Shown here: positions 11,653 to 19,322 of the stretch, one piece after another
How positions within the stretch are numbered: the stretch's first letter is position 1
How the letters are laid out: the number at the start of each line of letters is the position of its first letter
NCBI GenBank assembly: GCA_964019725.1
Contig: OZ026467.1
Span: 2,100,347 to 2,132,346 of the forward strand
Direction of reading: 5' to 3'
From: Spiroplasma endosymbiont of Antitype chi
GTDB taxonomy: Bacteria > Bacillota_I > Bacilli_A > Mycoplasmatales > Mycoplasmataceae
DNA: 32,000 bases
The notes under the pieces: generated by a model
The model's database searches: none
The model's input: only the letters and a program-made list of their open reading frames with translations
What the model was told of the DNA's origin: nothing
Position numbers and translations under genes: made by a program

Positions 11653-13121
11653 TAAGTTATTCACTCCCTTTGTTGTCATAATTTATAATCTGCTGAATTA
11701 TTATGTTTAACCATTGGTAATAATTCAAAGTGTAAAGCATAAAAATCACTATCAAATGTATCATCATATAAGTCTAACATTTGTTCTTCTCTGGCATCTG
11801 GTTTATCTTCTCATTGAATTAATTCATATTGGGTTTTACTTACAGGACATTTTTCTCATAATCATTTTAATTGATTAGTATTTATTAACATTGTAAATGC
11901 TTCTACACGATGTTTTATTTTAAACTTATGCTTTTGTGACGGTTTAAAATGCATGTATTGACCAAAAGTATAATTATATTTTTCTTTATTTAAACTTTCT
12001 AATGTTGCATAAGCACTATCATCAACATTTATTGATATAGCTTGCTATATTAAATTAAAATATTGATTTAATTGATTGTTGTAAAACTCTAAAATATCTT
12101 TTACTTGTTCTAATGGTCCTTTAAATTGTTGTGTAGCATTTGAGTGTGTATATTCAGCAACTTTATATGCTTTTTTATCAAATGAATTATATAGTCAAAA
12201 ACTCGCTGCTGTTGTATGTCCCTTGGGACTAGTAGAGTTTGCTAAGTCAACACCACCTAATAATTTTGTTGGTTGAATAATATTTGTTGCTTGCATAATA
12301 TCAATATATCTTGCAAAGATTTAACCACCAGTATTACCGGGCAAACCTCAACTCCATACTCTTGCTCTTTCAATATCTAATTGTTCTAATCTTAATTGTT
12401 CATTAACTTTATCTTGTGGTAATTCATAATTAAGTCTTCAACTAGAATAATGAATAATAATTTTCATATTTCATTTTTCAATATATTTAATTTGTTCATA
12501 TTTACTAATCATTATTTCTTCATCAAAAGGCACTAATTCATTACAATAACCAACAATATATCTTTTTAAACTTTCAGGATTACATGTATTAATTGTTATT
12601 TTATTTTGATAACCACGAATAGCAAACTCTAAATCACTTAAATCTTTTTGTTGAAATTGGTCACATTCTTCTCTTTAATCAATAACTAATTTATATTTAT
12701 TCAAATCAGCAAAGGCTTTTAATTTTTCTTTACGACTTGGTGAATGTAAACCTTTACAATATATTTTGCTACCATTTGATAAAGTAAAAGTAAAATTTGA
12801 TAAATTAATAGTATAAGGAATATGATTTTCATCTAGCATATTTCATATATTTTGAAATACACTATCTTTTAAATCTTTACTCCAATACATACTAGCAATT
12901 ATACAAATTGGTTCTTTAATTAATAAACTAATTTTTAATAATTCACCAAACATTTTAATATTTGAAATAGTCTTACCACTATATCGTGTCCCAATTTGAT
13001 TAATTTCATTTACTAATTCATATTTCTTAGCAAATGGATATTTATTACCAATACTACTATTTTGTAATAACCAATAAGGAGTTTCTAACAAATAAGTAAA
13101 ATGATTAAGAATTATTATCAC
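11652..13121 (-). pseudogene. terL: Terminase large subunit with three in-frame stops
   Basis: GTG 13121 begins a 490-codon frame. A Walker-A-like GTRYSGKT lies near the N-terminus. The gene follows a terS-like gene. In-frame TAA at 12675-12677 and 12321-12323, and TAG at 12045-12047; the frame is otherwise open under table 4. Confidence 0.7.
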
Positions 13122-13503
13122 TTTCTTTTTTAATATCTCTAATATCCGTTTGTAAATTAACTATTATTGGTTGTTGATTATTTAAGTTTAATTCTTTTTC
13201 AAGTTCTTTTTCTTGCAGTGAATATTTATAATTAAATGCTCGTTGTCAATATAATTTAGCACCATCTGGTGATTTCATCATAAAATTAATTATTTCACTT
13301 TCAATTCTATCAACTTGTTTTTCAAGCAAAGGAACTATCTTTTCGCTCGCATAAGTATCATATCTTCATTTGCGAGAAAGATTGAATCCATTGGTTAAAT
13401 CATTCAAAGTATATGGTTTATTAGGTGATTTATTTTGCCAAAATTCATCTATTTTACGATAAAATGTTCGTAAAATTGCTGTTTTTGGATTAAATTCTTT
13501 CAT
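13105..13503 (-). CDS. terS: Terminase small subunit-like protein (132 aa), intact
   Basis: RBS AAAAGGAG precedes ATG 13503. The pattern ...PYTLNDLTNGFNLSRKWRYDTY...IESEIINFMMKSPDGAKLYWQRAFNYKY resembles the Terminase_2-type small subunit pattern (HTH, then a ...GAIF.LKN.FGW-like tail), recalled from memory. It overlaps the terL start by 17 nt. Confidence 0.55.
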
Positions 13504-13589
13504 TTTTTACTCCTTTTTACATATTAAAATTGCTATTATTTCAACAATATGATTAAATAAAAGAGCAATAAATAACTGTAAAAATGTAT

Positions 13590-13615
13590 AAAAGAACTTT
13601 CACAAGTTCTTTTTA
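13590..13615. terminator. Hairpin with flanking A/T runs at edge of phage module
   Basis: AAAGAACTT-tcac-AAGTTCTTT followed by TTT. The stem is 9-10 bp. No gene can be clearly assigned to it. Confidence 0.3.
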
Positions 13616-13791
13616 TTATCTATATTTTACATCAAAATAAAAAAAAGTAAAGTAATTTACTTTTTTCAGTTAAATTAATTTGCTAATAATTAACAATTAA
13701 ATTATAACACAATAAATAAAAAATAATATTTTTTTTTGCATTTTTATTATTTTTGTGTTAATGTGTAGAACTGAGGAAGGAGGGTAAAAAA

Positions 13792-15132
13792 ATGATAAAT
13801 ATTGATAACAGCTTTTTTAATAATTTTAATAATTTGTTATATATACAAAGTATTCAAATTATTCAAAAAAATTTAGAAGATTGTGATGAATGAATTTTTA
13901 AAAATTATAAAATTAATGAAACTTTAAAAGAATTTAAAGATTATAAAGTAAAAGAAATAAAACCAAGAACATTAACTATTTTAAATGGGAAAATAACTTT
14001 TAAAAGAAGAAAATATTATAAAATTAATCCAGAAACATGTAAAGAATAATATATTTTTCTTTTGGATAAACTTTTAGGAATTGAAAAATGACAAAGAATA
14101 GATAATTCTGTTAAAGAAAAAATATTATCATTTATTGGCAAGAAAAAAACATATCAAGATATTTTAGATACTATGGAAAATGTAAAAATTTGTATAAAAA
14201 CAATTTCAAATATTATGAAAAATGCAAAAACTGATAAAGAATATTACCTTAATAAAACTGATAAAAAAATAAAGGTACCTCATACTTTATATATTCAAAT
14301 TGATGGAACTTATTTGAAAATGTGAAATGAAAAGAAAACAGAAAAAAAGAAAATAAAAAAACATAGTATATTTTCAAATGTTCATACTGGTTTTGATAAA
14401 ACAAAATCAACGAAAAAAAGACCTGTAATTCAAGATAAATTAGGTGTTATAGAGCTAGACAATATTCCGGAATATATTAAAAAAAATAGTAAATTAACTA
14501 ATTTTGTTAATAAATTACTTACATTAATTACAAGTTATTATGATGTTAATGACAATATTGAATTTATGGTATTAGGAGATGGCGCACCTTGAATTAAAAA
14601 TATTGTAAAATTTATTCAAGAATATTTTCCTAAAAATAAAGTACATTACACGATAGATAAATTCCACCTTACAAGTAGATTTAAAAAATTATATCCTTAT
14701 CAAAGTAAAAACAAAGAAAACAGAGAAACATACCATAAAGCAGTCGATTACTTTTTTAAAGCTAAATATGAAAAATTATTATAATGTTTAGAAAACAGTG
14801 TTTCTTTTATAAAAAAATCAAAAATTAAATTCTTAAAAGAGACAATTAGATTAATTAAAAATAATGAAGAAGGTGTCAGAAATCAAACATTATGAAATAA
14901 TATTGGTTGTCATATTGAGGGTGATATATCACATTACTGTAAAGGTATTTTGGTTAAAAAAGCAACTTATCATGAAAAAACCCTTAAAAATAAATTAAAT
15001 ACTAGTATGATAAATTTTAAAAATAAAATTAGTTTATTTAATACTAATGAACCATTAGAAGAAAATAGAATTAATTATTCAGTTAATAATTTTGTAAATA
15101 ATAATTTACAACTAAACTTATATTTTTATTAG
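13792..15132 (+). pseudogene. ISLre2/UPF0236-type transposase, two in-frame TAA
   Basis: RBS GAAGGAGGG precedes ATG 13792; 446 codons run to TAG 15130-15132. Motifs ...LYIQIDGTYLKMW..., ...MVLGDGAPWIKN... and ...TIDKFHL... match my recollection of UPF0236/ISLre2 proteins. TAA at 14047-14049 and 14782-14784. Confidence 0.65.
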
Positions 15133-15210
15133 TTTTATCTAAGAAATTAAATAATTTTAATAAAAATGTATTTTTGTCGTGGAAAAATTTAAAAATAATG
15201 AAAAAATATA

Positions 15211-15238
15211 TTGACAATAAAATTAAAAGTAATATAAT
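15211..15238 (+). promoter_or_regulatory. Consensus sigma-70-type promoter-like element without obvious downstream gene
   Basis: TTGACA (15211-15216), a 16-nt spacer, then TATAAT (15233-15238), read directly. Confidence 0.3.
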
Positions 15239-15552
15239 TTAATTAAGTAAGTAGTATATTATTCCACAATTTATAAGATATTAATTAAAACCCCTAAACA
15301 ATACATACAACCTAAAATATTTATATTAAAATAAATATTTTAATTAATTTATATAAATTTAATATAACATCTTAAACTTAATACCATATTTTTATTCTTT
15401 TTTAACCTTTGTTAAAATTTAATAATTATTATTCCCGATTGTTAACTTTTATTTGAAAACTGTTTTAATTTTTTGCGATAAAAAAATCCTGACATTGCTT
15501 TTTCATAATCTATTATAACAACTTATGAAAAAAGACTTTTTTCAAAGCAAAG

Positions 15553-15657
15553 TGGTAGTAAAAAAATAGGTTTTGGTATAAAAATTATTCTTTATTTTAA
15601 ATATATTTCTAAAAAAAATGATAAATCAACCCTTTGAAAAGTTATCTAATTATTTTA
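15553..15657 (+). repeat. ~105-nt repeat, copy D (inverted partner at 18704-18814)
   Basis: TGGTAGTAAAAAAATAGGTTTTGGTATAAAAATTATTCTTTATTTTAAATATATTT...AAGTTATCTAATTATTTTA aligns by eye at roughly 85-90 percent with the reverse complement of 18704-18814. Confidence 0.85.
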
Positions 15658-15980
15658 TTTATATTTTTTATAAAAAATAATCTTTTGTAATACTATCTTA
15701 TATTATTTATGAATGGGAAATTTTGTACAAGAAAAAATGAAAGAAAATTTAAATATTGTTAAAACTCGTTTAATTAAATATCATAAATTAATTAATTTAA
15801 AAATATTATTAATTTATTTAAATAATTTAGAATTATATTTTATTAAAAATCAGATTTCGCTTGTTCAAAATTTTGTTTGTAGTGTTTCGTAACGAATGGT
15901 AATTATGGCTAATTTTCCTAAATTAAAATTAATAACAATTAATCGACATTATGGTTTATTAGTTTAAAGAAATGATTTTT

Positions 15981-17148
15981 GCGAGGTACCATATACATTT
16001 TAGACCAGTTAGTCTTTTAAAAAATTTTAACACAGCTTCCGATGGTGTTAAAAAATTTATTATTTTATGTCGTCTAACATTGTTGTAATAATCTAAAAAG
16101 ATAGTAATTAATTTTCGTAATTGATTAATATTTTCAGGATAACGAGAAAGATATTCAAAAAAAATATTTATTTTGATGAAATCTTTCAATTTTCCCGTTT
16201 GATTACGGAGAACGAATTGGTGTTGTTTGATGAATAACACATTTTTGATGTAATAATTTTGTAAACTAACTTTTATGATATTTATACCCCGGATTATAAC
16301 TATAAAAATATTTGTGACCATTATCGGTTCTAATTCTTTTTATTCTAATTTTATATTATTTAAAAAATCATCATAAGACTGATTAAAAATACCAATTGCT
16401 GATTAATTTGATTTATTTTCAGATAAATAAGCAAGACCAAAGCGTGATTTTTCATAAATAAAAGCATAAAAATATAAATTACGTTTAAAACCAGTTCAGT
16501 TATATTTGGTGTAATAATTTTAATATCATGTTGTAAATGTCCTAATTCAGACATTTCATAACGTTTATAAGTCTTAATTTTCTTTTTTTAGGACAAAAAT
16601 TATTAAATTATTTATTCCATTTAATTAAAGTTTTAATTTTATGTTTAATTACTTTCTTTTTATATTCAAAAAACCCAGATAGTGTTAAATTATAAAAATC
16701 ATAAATACCAGTTCAGTATTTTTGTCGATATTTTTTCACCATTTTTGCAATAGAAATCTTGTAAGTTTTTTAATAATGGTTATTAATATTAATTGTTCTG
16801 GTTTATTTTTTAGCTAAAACAATAAAATTTAATTTTTCTTTAAGACAAAGTTGAATCTTTTTAGCTTAATTATATAAATTTTGTTTTGATTTATAAAATA
16901 ATTTAATTAAATTATTTAATGAGTTTTTATATAAATAGTATTTTTGACATAAATTAAAATAATTAATGACATTTTGATAAATATAATTTGTTTGTTTTGA
17001 AGGTTCTTATTGTTAATATCATTTTTTGATTTTTCTTTGTAATGAATATAATTATTTTTCATTAGAAATACTTGTTACCATATACTTTTAATCTCCATTC
17101 TAATTTAAAGACTAAATTAGTGGTCTAAAATATATATGGTTTTCACAC
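15981..17148 (-). mobile_element. IS481-like (rve integrase-core) insertion sequence, transposase heavily decayed
   Basis: A perfect 15-bp direct repeat AAAGAAATGATTTTT lies at 15966-15980 and 17149-17163. It flanks imperfect inverted ends (GCGAGGTACCATATACATTTTAGACCAG versus the reverse-complemented right end GTGTGAAAACCATATATATTTTAGACCAC). The minus strand from ATG 17081 gives ...ELGHLQHDIKII..., ...RIRTDNGHKYF..., ...TTPIRSP*SNGKIERFHQ..., ...FLDYYNNVRRHKIINFLTPSEA..., spread over several frames. Confidence 0.65.
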
Positions 17149-17367
17149 AAAGAAATGATTTTTATGTTGATGTTAAAAGCAAAACAACGATAATTCGCGA
17201 GCGTAGTAAAAAAGACCTTTTTAAATTAAATTATGGTTGGGTTAATTCCAAAAATATCTTTCAACAATATATTAATCATAATTTTAATGTTTGGATGAGT
17301 TAAGATAAATTGGGCAACAATAATGTAGAGTAAATATTTATAATTAAATTACAATGGAGGTGTAATT

Positions 17368-17644
17368 ATGGCAAAGAATAATTATACCGATTGAATTTAA
17401 GCAACAAATTGTTGGTCTTTACAAAATTGGTCAAACTCCTGAACAATTAGCCAATGATTACCAAATTGGTAAATCTACTGTTTAGAAATGAGCTCAACAA
17501 TTTAGCAACTCGGGCTCATTTAAAGCCAAAGACAATAGAACACCAGAAGAAAAAGAATTAATTCAATTACGTAAAAAAGTTAAACAATTAGAAATGGAAA
17601 ATGACATTTTAAAGCAAGCAACACTGATAATCGGCAAAAAATAA
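17368..17644 (+). pseudogene. IS3 OrfA (HTH + leucine-zipper part), frameshift near start and in-frame TAG
   Basis: ATG 17368 with RBS TGGAGG. After about 6 codons the conserved frame (...PIEFKQQIVGLYKIGQTPEQLANDYQIGKSTV*KWAQQ...[18 protein letters not shown]...) is offset by 1 nt. The TAG sits where IS3 OrfA proteins usually have Tyr. Confidence 0.7.
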
Positions 17645-18477
17645 CAACCATTAAAAATAACAAGGCAAAATATCCAATTATTAATTTATGTAAAACATTG
17701 AAATTGGCTAGATCAACATATTACTATCAATTAAAGGCAAATAATCCCAAGAATAATCAAAACATTGATAATGCTGTTATCAGTATTTTTCTAAAAAGTC
17801 GTAAAAATTATGGAACAAGAAAAATTAAAATCATGCTAGCTCAGCAAAATATTATATTATCTCGTGTAAAGATTAGTAAAATAATGAGAAAATATAACTT
17901 AATTTCAAATTATACAAAAATCAAATACAAACATTCAAATACAACCAATTTTACATATAAATATAATAATTTATTAAATCAAGAATTTAATAATTATAAA
18001 CTATATGAAGTTGTTGTCAGTGATTTAACATATGTTTTTATTAAAAATAAATGATATTATGTTTGCTTTCTAATTGATTTATTTAATCGTGAAATTATTA
18101 GTTATGATGTTAGTTTACACAAAGATGCAAAATTAGTTAAAAATACCTTTAATAAAATTAACATTACATTAAATAATATTAAAATATTTCACACTGATCA
18201 AGGTAGTGAATTTAACAACAATCTTATTTATAACTTTTTAACTAAAAATAACATTCAAAAATCTTACAGTAAACCAGGTTGTCCTTATGACAATGCTGTT
18301 GCGGAATCAACATACAAAATTTTTAAAACTGAATTTATTAAAAATAATAAATTTAAAAACATTGGGCAGTTTAAATTAAAATTATTTGATTACATTAATT
18401 GGTACAATAATATTCGAATTCATAGCAAACTAAATTATTTAACACCAGTACAATACAGAAATTATTACTCTACATAA
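17632..18477 (+). CDS. IS3 OrfB (DDE transposase core), frame intact
   Basis: This is the -1 frame relative to orfA, entered at GGCAAAAAATAA (A6 at 17636-17641). Motifs seen: ...VVVSDLTYV...[16 protein letters not shown]..., [53 protein letters not shown] at 18475-18477. Only TGA codons interrupt the track ORF. Confidence 0.75.
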
Positions 18478-18623
18478 AATTTGTCCAAAAAACCCTTGCC
18501 ATTCCAAACAACTTAAAGAGGGCATCAAAAATTTTCTATAAGTGTTTTTATTATTAAAATTAATAAGATGCCGCCCTTTCTCTGTTTCAATTAAATTAAT
18601 ATATAAATTATGGTTTTATAAAT

Positions 18624-18654
18624 AAAAAAACCATTTACTAAAATGGTTTTTTTT
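18624..18654. terminator. Bidirectional rho-independent terminator-like hairpin
   Basis: AAAAAAACCATTT-acta-AAATGGTTTTTTTT, with a perfect stem and A and T runs on either side. Confidence 0.5.
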
Positions 18655-18703
18655 CTTATTAAATTTCTTTGGATATTTTCATACCCCAATCTTTTTTATA
18701 CGA

Positions 18704-18814
18704 CTTAAAATAATTAGATAACTTTTTAAAAGGTTGATTTATCAGTGTTTTATAAATATATTTAAAATAAAGAATAATTTTTATACCAAAACCTAAACTT
18801 TTTTCTTACTACCA
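18704..18814 (-). repeat. ~105-nt repeat, copy C (inverted partner of 15553-15657)
   Basis: The reverse complement reads TGGTAGTAAGAAAAAAGTTTAGGTTTTGGTATAAAAATTATTCTTTATTTTAAATATATTT...AAGTTATCTAATTATTTTAAG. Confidence 0.85.
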
Positions 18815-19000
18815 AAATTTTTCTAGTTCTTAGGTATTTTAATCCAATTTACAGTTTACCAGAAGATTAAATTAAAAATGGATATGCGACAATTACGCAT
18901 ATTTTTTTAAATTATGCTCATTTATAAAAAATTAATGAACAAATTAAAATTGGAATTTTATTACGCCCATTAAATGAAGTGTTTTTACGATAAATTTGAT

Positions 19001-19026
19001 AGAATTACAAAAGTTAAGGTTTTATA
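19001..19026 (+). repeat. 26-nt inverted-repeat arm (partner 19289-19314)
   Basis: AGAATTACAAAAGTTAAGGTTTTATA versus the reverse complement of 19289-19314, AGAATTACAAAAGTTGAGGTTTTATA (1 mismatch). Confidence 0.85.
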
Positions 19027-19115
19027 ATTATTGTTCGTAACAACAGTGTGCTAATTAAATTATATAATTTAATTATTAAATAAAAAATCTAAAGTTATAA
19101 AATTTTAAAAAATTA

Positions 19116-19150
19116 AAAAATCTTATTAATTAAAAATTAATAAGATTTTT
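19116..19150. terminator. Perfect 15-bp stem hairpin, candidate terminator downstream of the E2-like gene
   Basis: AAAAATCTTATTAAT-taaaa-ATTAATAAGATTTTT. On the minus strand it is followed by a T-rich stretch. It lies about 175 nt beyond the E2-like stop and abuts repeat copy A. Confidence 0.45.
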
Positions 19151-19252
19151 GGTAGTAAGAAAAAGGTTGAGGTTTGTAGGTATAAAAAAATCAATTCGCT
19201 TATTAATTAAGTAATACAAAAAGGGATTAATAATTAGACTTTTTAAAAAAAA
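19150..19252 (+). repeat. ~105-nt repeat, copy A (direct partner at 24403-24508)
   Basis: TGGTAGTAAGAAAAAGGTTGAGGTTTGTAGGTATAAAAAAATCAATTCGCTTATTAATTAAGTAATACAAAAAGGGATTAATAATTAGACTTTTTAAAAAAAATG aligns with 24403-24508 with a few substitutions and indels. Confidence 0.85.
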
Positions 19253-19288
19253 TGTTTAATTTATTTAATTGTTTTTATTTATAATTTT

Positions 19289-19314
19289 TATAAAACCTCA
19301 ACTTTTGTAATTCT
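19289..19314 (-). repeat. 26-nt inverted-repeat arm (partner 19001-19026)
   Basis: See 19001-19026. It ends 9 nt before the stop codon of the E2-like gene. Confidence 0.85.
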
Positions 19315-19322
19315 ATAAGCAT

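Larger units (their letters stand above)
17288..18510 (+). mobile_element. IS3-family insertion sequence (orfA/orfB with -1 overlap)
   Basis: Terminal inverted repeats: TGTTTGGATGAG...ATGTAGAG at 17288, versus the reverse complement of 18510, TGTTTGGAATGG...ATGTAGAG. It contains orfA and orfB in the 0/-1 arrangement typical of IS3. Confidence 0.8.

Noticed and set aside
15700-15960. Short plus-strand ORF MKENLNIVKTRLIKYHKLINLKILLIYLNN... inside the D/C unit
   Set aside because: It is about 50 codons, has no RBS, has a low-complexity composition, and ends in the IS target region. There is insufficient support.
15959-16554. Track ORFs 15959-16321 and 16360-16554 as independent genes
   Set aside because: They are frame fragments of one decayed IS481-like transposase; the motifs ELGHLQHDIK, RTDNG, SNGKIERFH and YNNVRRH occur in order across them.
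15553-18814. Interpreting the ~105-nt inverted repeats D/C as the terminal repeats of the IS481-like transposase element
   Set aside because: Much closer inverted ends with a perfect 15-bp target duplication delimit the IS at 15981-17148. D/C therefore belong to a larger host element into which the IS inserted.
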